A stretch of 64,000 bases of DNA from Phoronis australis (taxonomy: Eukaryota > Animalia > Phoronida): contig NMRA01000573.1 of NCBI GenBank assembly GCA_002633005.1, positions 186,001 to 250,000 of the forward strand, given 5' to 3'. Made by a program: the position numbers and the translations under genes. The notes beneath the pieces are model-generated. The model saw nothing but the letters and a program-made list of their open reading frames with translations, had not been told where the DNA came from and searched no databases. Shown here piece by piece: positions 44,171-57,500 of the stretch; position 1 is the stretch's first letter, and every line of letters starts with the position of its first letter.

Positions 44171-45360
44171 GAATCTTAGCGCCTAAGGTCACGTGACCTA
44201 CTTCCAACCACCAATTTACATATAAGTGCTGATGCTGTGGAAAGGTGCGGCCAATATGGCAGACTTTCTAAAGGAAGTCCCAAGACACTGATGACCCCAT
44301 TTTTCAATGCTGCTGTAAAAAGATTCTGACAGAAGCTTTTGACATACTTGGAAGGGACTTCGCAGCCTCTGTAAGTTCCACCCCAGATGATGTAACAAGC
44401 ACTGAACAATGGTGTCAATTACATGTCAAAGTCCTTATCGGGTTAATGAACTCCACATTTGTCAAGTGATACTGCTTCTAAACCAAGTGTGTAAAAGTCT
44501 ATGGTTGGATTTATAGCCCAGAGTCGGTGCACATCTATGATAAAGGCACGAATCCAGAGTCACAATCGAGGGTCAGTGCACAGGGGGCACTTGGTAGTTC
44601 TCCTTTACAGCAGCAAAAAACAGACCGAACACCGGCATTTTGTACCCCTGGACCGTTCCTCTGGTTCCATGCTCTTGAAGAGTCATGCATTGCCTGGTTC
44701 CATGTTTGCTCTAACGCAGACTGTAAAAATTATTCTGCCTCAAACTGCCAGTCAAGAAAGACCTTAATTCATAACTCAGTTGCTACAACGGGCTAACCTG
44801 ATACAAAGCTCTAACTTGCAACGCATAGATCTGTTTTTAATGACACTGCTATTGGGTCAAGGTACAGGTGAAAGCTAAGTGCAGAGCATTTTGCAAGCGT
44901 TCTGTGGCCAACTAAGCACTCAAGACAAGACAAGTTGAGAATACCTTTAGGTCAAGTCAGTACTAGAGGCGTGACAAACCTAAGAAGATAGAGGCAGAGA
45001 AAAGTAGTGACACACGCACAGGGAAAAAAGATTCTTCAAACAAGAAACTATAGTATAAATTTCATTCTTGAGTCTTGTAAATATACTTATATGCAACATG
45101 GCATGTGTCCATCTGTACATGATTATATTAACGTTCCAAAGAGATGAGACATATTTATTGTAAAAATGTTTCGTTGTGCTTGTAAATAGTGATTTATTGC
45201 TCAATGTGATTACATGCTACACATAGGACTGTATTCAACAGTCAATGAAATAAACAACCAATTTTAGAGGCATTTTGAGCGTTTGTAGTCAATGAAACTG
45301 TGACAGTTACGGAAGGAGTCTTTTTTTTGATTTCTTAATAAACGATGCAATGCCATTTAA

Positions 45361-48300
45361 GAGACAGTCCATATAAAAACCAGTAGATTTTCAAAAATCA
45401 GTCTATACGTCAAAATTTAAAACAATTTCATTTTTTGTACATGGGTAGGTATCCTAACATAAACCCGAATGCCAAATTTTGTGCACTCAGTGACCCCTAA
45501 TTTCGCCGCTGGAGCATGATAACACAAATTGGCACAATTGGGCATATAAGCCGTCTCAAAAATCGCATTTTTTCAGCAACGAAAATGAGTAACATACAAA
45601 ATAGATCAAAACTTATATTTTGGAGGCTGAAATAACCAACGTATACTGTACATAATTCTGTGTCATTTATTAAAATCTGACAGTTTTGTGCTAGACAGGG
45701 GAGATAATCCACAGACCACTTTTTGGGGGCTAATTTTAGTGACCATTTTTGTGACCTTCTGACTGCCATAAAACACCTTGTAGCCTTATGTGACTTTTTG
45801 AACATACAGTTAAAGAGTTAGTCTTGATGACTGAGCAATAAAAAATCTTGCCTCAACTTTGCACCTTAGTGAAAATTGTCTTGCAAAACTGCCTATTTTC
45901 ATAGCTTGGAAATGACGAGCAGAGTTTACAGACCATTTGAACAAACTTTTAGGCAATAAGTCTGCTTTAAATAGTTATAGAAACCAAGTCTTAACTCTTT
46001 CAAATGAAAACAAGATGTTTTCCGGGTTTACTACGCGGCAAGTATCAAACATGAAACCGATGACCTTTGCCCACTGAGGGAGTCAGTTGAGGTTAAGCTT
46101 GAGGATATATAAAAATGTACGTGTAACCCTCTTGTATTCTTTCATTTCAGGTTAATTTAAAAACTCTGTAGAAATTTTAAATGGAAATAAATGCCTTTAA
46201 GATTAAACGAGTAAGAATTGATATTTGTAATGACTGGATTTGAAAGAAGCAAGTGCATTTTAAAAAGACAAAATGGCGGACGATGTCGATGGGCCTTCAT
46301 GTTCCTTTAGAGTTTATTCTGCAAAAAATCCGACCACAAAAGCTTTGTGCCTTAGTGAGTTAAAGACACCACTGAACATTTGAGATACAGGAAAAGCAAG
46401 GCCTGTGCCAGAGTAAGGACTCGTACTACCCAGAGTCGGTGAATTTCTGACTGAACAAGACCAGTCATGGAAGAGTCAGGTAATGCTGGATGTTACCACT
46501 CTGCTCCTCTCCTGAACGTAGCAGCCTTGTCAAATTCTACCGGCATTTCTGTTTCGAGATATGACCTGAGTGAAAGTCAGAATGGAAAGGATCTCTGTGA
46601 TCGCAAGATCGCTCCACTCAAACAACATGCAAAGTACTTTGAAGCCGAAGGTAACAATATCATAAACTTTCTGGATTTGAAAGAAGCATTACTTTCCAGT
46701 GGCCGTGTGAAGGAGTGTTATGTGTATGCATGTTCAGTCAATGCAACAAAGTCTTTTCCAAAATACTCAGTTCCTAGTATAAGCACATTCCCAAATTCCC
46801 ACTATTCCACCCAAGGAATTCGCGTGTGGAAATCGTTCCATGTAGGTGACGGTAAGTTCTTACAAATACTGAGAAAACGGGAAACCTATTTCTCTAAAAT
46901 ACACTAACATCTCTCTCAGACATGGCGGATTTTCAACACCAAGAGTTAAGGTTGGCACTGTATCAGATCTGGTGAAGAGCCCCAACAAATGTTCCCTTGT
47001 ACCCAGCAAGGTTACTCGAAATTTTTTGCTACACGTATGACCACATCGCACGACAGTGGTCACAAATGTTTTCAGATGCAAGAACCGGAGCGTCATTTGA
47101 GACAGCCTCAGAGTACTATTTCGATGAGACGATTGCTGAAGCAATAGGTTAGGCATTAAAAAAGGTAAAGGTCAACAAAATTTTCAGCAATGGTTATAGA
47201 ACTTTCTGACGAACATATTCGATGAAGGAGATAAGTCAGGTAAAAACGTTCACCTCGGAAGTGCCAAAATGGAGAAAACATTGCGAGAACCTACTGGTAA
47301 AGTGTTTACCTGTGATATTAAGTGAATCGCAGATTGGTGGATTTTTGGAGGTTTTCTGCAGCAATGTTTATGACGATGTAATTTCTGCTGAAGATGCTGT
47401 TATATCGACAGATTTACTGAATGAAGTTTAGCCTAGTTTTGTAGCATACTAGTCAAAGATGTGTGATATATGAAGTCGAGACCGTTACTTCTGTTTACTT
47501 CATGTCTGTCATGAACGAGTCATTAATAAAATTGTCTCTCGTGAATTATTTTCTATTGGCTGTGAATGTGTACCTTTTTATACCACTGATGATCACACTG
47601 GCAGAAATATTCAGCGTTAGGGTGCCCGGTGTGTGGGGGGAACACCAGATTTCTGGCGACTGGTGGCGACTAAAATTTGTAGCAACCGGCAGGGACATTA
47701 CAATATGAACCCAACGTTACAATGACTATCGACAAGTTGAAGGATTTTTTGCACTGAACACTAGGGAGGCATATCCACCTTGGACGCCTTCTTTTGCCTG
47801 TGGCACGAACAAGGCAGATAGACAACTAAGACAGGGGTGAGTTCAGTAACACTAGAACCTCTCTAAAATTTATCCAAAACCACGTGTTCTTATTTAAAAT
47901 GCAGGGCAATATTTCGCGAAGTCTTGAATTATAGCAAGGTCCTTTTGTTACTGCTCTTATTCTAGATGCGTCTTCAGTCTCTACGTAAACAAAAGCAGCG
48001 CCATCTATCATCATGCCAGTTGATTTACGTTACATATTTTTGTAATTAGCAATAATCATCAATGCCGTTTTCAGAGAATGGTAATTAATAATGCTGTCTG
48101 CCTTTTCTCCAAAATACAAGGTTTTTATGTCGTGTTTCGCAAGCTAATTGTATGTTCCAAGAGCCCCCTATTGGCAGCAGAGGCAACTGAGAACGTGCAA
48201 GAGGACGAAGTGCAGTTCGTGTAATGCTTCGTACGCAAAAACTGCATTAGAGGCAAGATTTTTTATTTTACATTATGAACAGGTTAGGAATGACTAAACA

Positions 48301-48730
48301 GATTATTATAAAGTCAATTTCTAGAAAGGTGCGTTATGGCTGCTACAGAGTGCCAAATTTGGCCGAAAATGGCTTCAGTGAAAAACTGAAAAATAGCCGT
48401 TTTTGCCTCACAAATTCAAAACGTACAAATTTAAAAATGGATTTTGAAAGTTATACCATTAAATTATTCAGCCACTGTCCTTTCAATTCGTATTATTAAT
48501 TTGTTTTGGCCTTACCTCACATGCTAGTAAAATGCATTCAAACATGCCTACTTCGACGCCCAATTTTGTTGCAAAATGGAGGTACAGGTCATAAAAAGAA
48601 AAATGATTGAAAATTCTTAAAAAGTGAGGTTTTTCTACATCTCAACAAACCAAACTCATGTGCTAAGTTTCAAAAAAATCGGTGATTTTGGGTATAGACT
48701 CTACCTGTTGGTTTTTATATGGAGTCACTC
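45361..48730 (+). mobile_element. Internally deleted Sola3-type DNA transposon with TTAA target-site duplication
   Basis: TTAA|GAGacagtccatataaaaacca ... tggtttttatatggagtcaCTC|TTAA (TSDs 45357-60 and 48731-34; GAG...CTC termini). Internal transposase remnant carries SGNAGCYH and SESQNGKDLCDR, matching the Sola3-type SDNAGCYH...GK..CDR motifs. Confidence 0.8.
46467..46907 (+). pseudogene. Sola3-type DDD transposase fragment
   Basis: ESGNAGCYHS...VSRYDLSESQNGKDLCDRKIAPLKQH...EGNNI. The expected catalytic Asp of SDNAG reads Gly; the ORF is short and flanked by disrupted frames. Confidence 0.7.
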
Positions 48731-49109
48731 TTAAATGGTCTAATACAGTGTATCGGTGTGCAGAAATCAACCTTGCACCCGGTATCAGAACAGAAGATGA
48801 CCGACACGACATTGCTGTGGAAATTACCTTTCACAGCTCCAGTTAAAATACTGAGAACTCTAGCCAACAGCTTTTGATAATACAATGCATTACATGCCCG
48901 ATTCAGAGGTAATTGAAAACTATGTAGTCCACAAAAGTACGTAACACAAAAAGTGGCAGATCTAAGGGGTCTGATGTATGATCAGGAGCAGTTACTTGAC
49001 GAAGGCTCTTGACCAGTCTTCCTATCCCCAGGTCACTACTTATTTACACCCCCATGCACAACCCATCCATGTTTTAGATTCAGAACCATCAGTGCTGTCC
49101 TATCTTTAG

Positions 49110-49625
49110 TCACTTTCCCGTTAGAAGCAAAACTTCAGTAAAAGCGAAGTAAGTGGGAAAGGTTAACTCCGGTGGTTAATCTGCAAGCAAAACTTCGCTT
49201 AAAATACAATGTAGAATTTAAAAGCAAAGCTTCGTTCTTCAGTGTAGTGGGAACACCAAAAGCGAAGCTTTGACGGAGTAATCGATAATTGTCGCGGCAA
49301 CGATATAGTACGATCACGCGAGACTTGCAAAACTGATTCTTTGTTATTGTAGAATAGCCGACGTGCTCTCAATAGATGGATGTTAATAAATACAAGAAAG
49401 TATATCTGAGGAAGAATGACACCGGTCCTTTTCATAAATGCTTCGTAAATGGCAGGCGAATAATTTTCAATTAGAGTGGAACCTACTACTCAATATTCGT
49501 TTGAGAGTACGAATGACCAGCGTCGTTTGTTGTCATAGCGATAACTTCCGACACTGCTGTTTAGTGGGAAAGGTAAGCGAAGTTTCGGCAAAGCAACCGA
49601 AATTCTCCTAATGGGAAAGCAACGT
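49110..49625. mobile_element. Degenerate MITE-like element
   Basis: Left ctttcccgttagaag versus reverse complement of the right end ctttcccattaggag; internal repeats of gtgggaaagg(t)taa and aagcgaag. Confidence 0.4.
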
Positions 49626-52201
49626 AAGTCCTAGTTTTCAAGTGCTGTCTAGACCACCACATTGTAGAGCACTGTCATAGCGAGGTGCTGCCCCCTTTTG
49701 TACGGGGCCCTGAAGTTGTACTTATAAGAGTCATGTAGCTAGGATCCTATATTGGGTCCTTAGGATGCAGTTAACTTAATAGGGGATCCAGAACTCCAGG
49801 GAGCCTTCCAATTTTAACTTTACAATATACACCCACCACTGAACACTGGATTGTTGTAAGACTTTACAAATTTCAAGAAAAAAATCATGCCAGGCAGCCA
49901 GTATGACTAAAAAAGGAAATTGAAAGCCAAATGCACAAAAGCATCATTAAGGCCTTAACTAATTGTGTTATGTAACAGCAACACACAGCACTGAGTCTTA
50001 CAACACACTGTAACAGCAGGTAACAATAAATAACACTTGAAACAATATCATTACGTTAGTGCTTACACCCAGTTTCAATAAAGAAGTGAACTTATAACTT
50101 GGACCATGTCACTCAACTTGTTCACACGAGGAGCTACCTGTTGCTTGTAACCAACTACAAGTAGAGAGCCGCGTCTAAAGCAACGATACACTGTCACAAA
50201 ATGCACAGGTGCAATGCCCTGCAACAATGGTCAATTCTTTCCAAGCCCATTTGATAAAGAAAGAATTTAAGACAAATTACATTATATTAGTAAGTGTTAC
50301 TGTGATGCTATGCAGGTTTACAGAAGTTGTTTTACAGTATTAAGTTTTATGTTTTAGATACATTACTGATGTTGCGGAAAAAAACGATACGTACAAAATA
50401 TTACTAGAAGTGAGTTTTGATACAGTGAAGTTTCACCAACTGAAATAAAATTTTATTTCTTCCCTTTTATAAGATATTTAGAGCCAAATTCAAGTTCTTT
50501 ACCATAAATACCACCAAACACTATTATGAACATTGTAGGCATTCACAACCTTGAACAATGAACAACATGTTATCTTGGTCGTTACTTTTTGTCTGAAACT
50601 GGCGAGATTTTATGGTAACACAAGATAGATGATTCGATTGCTTTCAATAAACCTACAATAAATCAACCATCTGTCAAAAACTACTCAGACCATCAACTGG
50701 GATTAAATTGTTCCTTATTAAGACTACGAAAGATTTCTGGTCTTTGGAAGAAACCTTTTGGCCAAGAGGTCGACTCTAATCTAAGCAAAGGAAAATTTGA
50801 GACCAACTTAGTGATGATAAGCAATCCAAATCAAAAGTTATTGTTTGTCAGGAGTTAAGTCCATAGTTGCAGCTGATAACACCACTCAGTTTAAAGCTTT
50901 GTAGGACCCAGGAATAAGGTCCAAATTAACTTCGGAACATGATATATCTCAGAAATAGCTGCACACATTCATATGGAACTTTCAGATACTATACATAAGA
51001 GGGTACAAAAGTAGGACTTCTGTGGTTTTCATGAAAAAAGTCAAAATTTCCATAAAAATAAAATAATTTAGGAAACTGCGTTGGCATTTCTGACAATTGA
51101 TCTTGAACTTTATATTGCATGTTAGTTACTGATACCATTGTTTTGCAATCAATGCAACTGAGTTTTTGCTCAACTTTACTAAAAGAACATGGTCACGTGA
51201 CCCAATCAATGACAGATTTGGTAAACAATCAAAAATCAAATTCTACAGATTGATTGAGCTAAAATCTACAGTTTGTTTAGATACTAGACTGTATACACAG
51301 AAGGCTTAACATAACTTTAAAAACCTCTAAGTGAAAGTCTCAGAGGTGGAGTACGTAAATATCTCTGCACACATTTTTTCAGAACACAAAAAACCTCATT
51401 CTGTGACCCCAACATCTCGGCAAACAAGCCTGTAGCCTCTGCTTAGCATATTTAGAACCACTGAGTAAATCCAAATGAGAAACTGTATCAATTTTTCGGA
51501 GACAAGAAACTTGAAATTGACATTCTAAGGTTTCAATCAGCACATAATTAAGTAGTTGACTGTTCAGTTCTGTCACAGTTTAGCTTTTTGACCAAATGAC
51601 CGTAATAACAACAGACTGATTAAAAGAATCTTATTATTTTAAAAACTTATTAATAAGCATTTGAGAGTGAGTAGGACATACAACGAGGTTCCTCATAATC
51701 TCAATACCAAACAAGCAAAACAATAACAGGAGGTATAGCGCAAAAAGCATTAACTGAAATTTAAACATTATGTACAGCTTTGAAAGTGTAAGATGGGGTT
51801 TGTTTCATGAATAGTGACGAAAGACAAAACTTTGGTCTTGCACTCCACATAACTATTTCTGGAAATTAATTAAAATTTACTTTTGCAAAAGAACAACAGA
51901 GTATCTGATAATAAGTAAATAACCACTACTGCCTGAGAAAATTTGCACAAATAATTTGCAGCCTGTGATGTGCTGACAACTGCATGACTAAACGTTTTTG
52001 GAAATTGTGAAGTTGAAGCGTAAGACTAAATTTCTGTCTTAGATCTTAGTCATTTTCATGAACCAGAACTCTCTGCAAAATTGTGCATTGTTTGGAACAG
52101 AAACTTAACCAAACAAATAGAAAGAGAATGCTAATTAGTAAGGCATAGAAGTTACAACGAGCCTGAAAACAGACGGACAACAAACACACAAGCGAATTTA
52201 C

Positions 52202-52303
52202 CTATTGGTAGGATGTTTCATCAATAATATTGGTTTGTGATAAAGTTAAATTGCCTGATCTTTTTGAGAATGAAATGCTGAGTTTGGATATGGAAGCTGA
52301 ACC
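52202..52303 (-). CDS. Candidate alternative C-terminal exon of the ATP11-like gene (GSASISKLSISFSKRSGNLTLSQTNIIDETSYQ*)
   Basis: Acceptor ttttcAG|GGT, phase 0, open to TAG, followed directly by a GTAAAT donor-like site. Confidence 0.35.
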   Translation of the reverse strand, partial: GSASISKLSISFSKRSGNLTLSQTNIIDETSYQ

Positions 52304-54547
52304 CTGAAAATTGTCAAAAAGGAGATTGCATTAAAAACAATAATAATTTATATGAAAATGGAAACTAATATTGATGAGGAAAGTATAACGTCTTAATTAT
52401 CACAAAAATGTGTTACTGAACAGAAACATGCGCATGTGCAAGACTGTGAATTAGAAATAAGACAAGTTGAAGCAGCGATACTAGCCTGGACAATGAACAT
52501 ACTCTAAACTCATGGTGTTTAGCTTTACATCTTTACTAAATGTTTCCATTCGGTCTTGGACATAGAGAATAACAGCTCAAGCAAAGCAAGCACTCTTCGT
52601 TTTAAAAAAAAGATTTACTAATTTTAAAAAACGTTTGGTATGACGGTATGAATTTTGGTGTTCAACATGCTGGTCATGAAATGAGGATTAATTAATTAAA
52701 CTTTGTTGATGTTCACAGTTTTATGAAGATACTCTGTAGGCAATCTGATAGAAAAGTTCTATAATTATTCACAATTTAATGTGGAATATTTGGAATTTTA
52801 CAGACTTGCTAAAAAGCCATTGATGACTCAGCCTCTAGCAGGGGTGAAACCTACAAAATTCTTGGTGATGTGGAATATAAGTTTCTTGAATTTCATACAA
52901 AAACACTAGCAAAATCTCAAAATGTAACCAAACATTTATGTTTGCAGCTGTGTCAAATAAACCTTGGCAACAATGAAATAACATTATTTTTTACACATTA
53001 AATTGTAATTTTTAGTAAACCAAAAACATTGAGTGTAACACTGCAACTTAAGGGGAACATCACCTTTTGTGAAAAATTATTTGGTCAACACGGTATACTC
53101 TACTTAACACTACAAAAGGTATTTTCAACCTTTCTAGTCAATTTTAGTATAAATAAAATCAATAAAAATAGCAATTGGTCAAACTGAAAGGATGATGCTG
53201 TGAGCAAGTCACACAATGTAAACAGTGTGTGTTTGATCAGCTGAACTGCTTCTGACTAGTTGTATTGCCTGTTTCCGGCATCATATTTCAAGTCAATGTT
53301 ATGTACTGGGAATTGAAAAATGGCGGGCGTCTCGGCCATTGAGCAACATTATCGAAGCAGAACATTTAGAGTTCACAGCTTATGATAAATGGTGACTAAC
53401 ACTGGCAGACCAAGTCCACTGTGTCAGACCTCCTTAAATTTAGGTTTTGGTACTTTTTAAGTAAAATATCACCTATTGATCAAAAACGCCTTCAAAAAGG
53501 CAACTTTCCACTTCAAAAGGCCAGTAAACTCAGATACATACAAAGCAAATTTTGGTAAAAAACAAATAATAAAAAGTTAACAAACTGCACACACTGTCTT
53601 ACCAAACAACTAATGATTAGTTAAAAACAATAAGAACAGCTATAAAATATGTGCTTAGTTATCTACTAGTGCCAGCAGCAACAAGCAAAGAAATTAATAA
53701 AAAAGATATTGACAATGACTGTACAATTATGCACAGTGCATTAAACAAGTGAAAAGTTAAATGTAATTCCAAATTAAAAGATACGTGACAGTGAATATGA
53801 ATAATGAATAACAATTATAAACATTTGATCAATTGAAACATTGAGCAGCGACCAATTTCACACATCTAGCATATTTCGAAACATGTCAAATAGTTGAATA
53901 ATTATCTACTATTCATTTTGAGTTATGTACCTCAAAATGCCTGTTACACAAATAAGAAATAAAATGTTTATGACTGTCTCATTCTCATGTCTTCAATTAT
54001 TTTTCATAAAATTAAATGTAAATCAGAACAATTTTCATTCATGCAATGCCATGTTTCACAAAATTGTCATGTAATCTGGGATGATTAATGTTCAACCACC
54101 CATATTTCTATTGTCCACCAGAAAATCATATAATCTTCTGAATTTTTCAAGTAATCAAATACAAACAGTTACCATAGTTTCAAAGCAACGACTTTATCAG
54201 AGTCATAGGGGCTCTTGGGTTTTGGCATGGTTTTTATACAACTGTGAGGAACATGATTTAAATGGAACATTTGTCCGAAAATGCCCCAAAATATTAATTG
54301 TAACAAAGTGAATAAGGCTAAATGACAAATCTGTAGTTAACCTGGCCTTAAATAGGACACGGGGACTGGAAAAATATCCAGCCATGAATCAAAGAAGACC
54401 TAACTGAAACTGTTCTCACAAATTGTTATGATTTTCAATGTGAAGAGGTTTTGCTATTGACTACAAAAACAAAATTTGGTTTCGTAGCAGTTAATTATGG
54501 GAGAATGGCTATTCAATGCGTTAATACCCATGAGCAAATCTACTTAC

Positions 54548-57500
54548 CCTCCTGCAGTGAGCACTAGGCCCATTGAAGATAGTATTGCGCAAGACTAATA
54601 AACATATGTCTGGCAGGAGAGCAGCCACCATCAGTAACAAGAGGGAAAACCAGACAGAGGGATGGGACAGCATGATACGGAATGAACCCAGCAAGTCCAG
54701 GTGATCCACAAACAAGCTGGGCCTGTAATCATGAGTGACACAACAGTTATAATTATTACATCAAGACAACACGCTTTGTTCTACATACAACTACATTTAA
54801 TTATCTAATATCAGACGATCTAGTGACAGTTTCAGTCTAAAACTATAAAAGCCTTAAGTTTACACTGCAGTAAAATGTAAAGGCTACAGTGTCAAAAGCT
54901 TTGCTCAAGTCCAAGAACACATTCAAATAAATGGTAAATATTGCTCATAATGAAACAAAGTCTTTATCTTGAAAGATACCCTTGGCTTAGTTTTCAAAAG
55001 TTTTAAGCATGGATTTGAGTTTCACCAACAATTCATGTACGTGTTTCACAAAAAAATTCAAAGCTTTCTAAAACCTTATGAGAAAAATCCATCCAGTTCC
55101 CAAAAATAAAGCAATCAGTTTACCAGACAATTTCGGTGAAGAAAAATGTGAGTACAAAGAAGCCAGCGATTGTGAACCAGTTGAAGAAGTGAATGACTCC
55201 ATTCCAGTAGCGTGTCTCTATAAACAGCTGCAAATACAGAAAAAATATGTAAGTAGAAGCAAAATTGTCCAAATGTAGCCGTGACAAAAACAGACCTGTG
55301 AGGTTGGTTGGCGCCATATCCAGCAATAAATTGTGGGATAGGTTGAGGTTATTGTTATGGATAGCTTGTAGCCATGCCCACAATTAATTGGGGGGCAGGT
55401 TGTAGCCAAGCCTACAATGAATTGTAGGACATGTAGCCATGTCCAACAATATTGTGGGGGTAGGTTCTAGCCATGCGCCACAATGCATTGTGGGACAGGT
55501 TGTAACTATGTCAAACAATTCATGCCCCACAATGCATAGTGTGATAAGCTATGTCTACTCTACAATACATAGACAGGCAGTTTAGGTCGATTGTTATTTT
55601 TCAAAAATGAATTACAGGACTGTCAAATTCAACCATTTCTATGGATTCGTACAAATGGTATAATATGATACAATAGATGTTTACATTATTATATTCATAT
55701 TAATGGTTTATAAAATTTATCGCGCAAGGTTTATCATTGCTGAGCTAAATGAATGATGCTATGAATAGTGACAAATTATCATCAGCCTCGTATGACCTCA
55801 CATCAACCAAAATGGCAGGGAACATAGACGTAAATTAAGAAAATTAATTTGTACTGTCTTGTGTTTCAAAATCTGTTGTCTACGTGGATAACTGCTGAGA
55901 TAAAGAGATATCATAATTTGCTCGTATTGCTTTGCATTGCATTTCTATTGCTATTTCAGACTATTGTTAATTCATACTCAAGATCTGACAGTTAAATTTT
56001 CATGGGAACAAAGACAGCAAGAAATTAATATATACATCAACTAAATTATTTCCAGAATGTATGAGCAAAATTTTATATCTGATTCAGAAAAAAAAAACAA
56101 TTCATTAACTTATAAAAAGTGAGAAATTTATAGGCAGCGAATTTGCAATATCGACTATGTTACGCTGAGACAGGTACGTCAGTCTTACCTTGAAATTCAC
56201 AACAAACACGACTACAAATAAAACAACTCCGCCAAACTCCCAGTTTCCCATAAGCTGAAATGAAGAACTAACTGAATCGACACATATTTTTGGAAATTTT
56301 CACAACATTGCGTTAATTGGCATATTTTGGAAATCTCATAGCAAGATGATGAACAACTTGAAGACAAGAATCATTTGACGCTTTCAGAAAAGCTACATGG
56401 CACAAATTTGCTTGACATGTCAAGCACACTCATGTTAATATTTACTAAATAACTTTTAGATCAGAATAATGAAAACATCACAAGGCCAAGGTCATCAAGA
56501 CATGACGCATGTGCTTTATAAAATGAAAGTTTGAGACAATTTTACATGTCAAAATACTTACTACCTATGGGTTCCACCTTAAGCATAACATTGTTGAGAA
56601 GGCTGAACACACACGACATTTTAGAGTTTGGAATAATCACACAAGCTGTGAGCCAGGAATGTGCACGATGCTATCTCAAGTTAAATTAAAGCGCGTTCTA
56701 CCCAAGAAGCAAACCTTTAATTTAGACCACTAACCACAGACTACAAAAATGGTCTCTACCTACTCCTTTGTCAAATGAGAAGGAATTTATGGACTTGCAA
56801 TGAACCGACAGTTTGATGACGTCCATTATTTATTTAACAGTTTGTTACTACTTCAGATCATGCTCGACTGACAATAGTTAAATATAGTTTGCAAATTGAA
56901 ACCGGACGGTGTCAGCTTTGTTCATCAGGACGACCTTACCTTGCCAGAGTTATCCAGGGGCGTATTAGTCACAAATATAGCGTAGACACCAAAGAAAGCT
57001 ATCAAAGAGTGAAGCCAACCTAGAAGTAAAATGTGTCAATTAAATCAATTAACAAGTTAAAATTAATAGTTTTTTTATTTTGCAAACAAAAAGTGAACAA
57101 CGATCAACATACTGTAAGTTTTGTAAATTAACGATTACTGTCAACATCATGAAGTAACAATGTCACTTATAAAGTTTTTTATGAGTTTTGAATCATTTTT
57201 TGCCCTTTGATTATTTTTCATACACCATTTTGTAGTTTTCAGGGTTTTCCACATTTCCATCAACTGCAAAGCCACATTGTTTTCCATGAAAAACTTCTTT
57301 CATTTCAATGAGTGTATGGTGCACAGAACAGATATTTTTCAGTCTTTTCAGGACGAATGATATCACTTTGATAATGGGGAGTCCAGAAAAAATGAAACAG
57401 AGTATTGGTGATAGACATCAACTGTAGTGCTGTAATGCTTTAAGCAACAGAGAGGTCGCTTGTTTTGTGTCATGTAGGCTCCTCAGTTCTTGTACATCTC

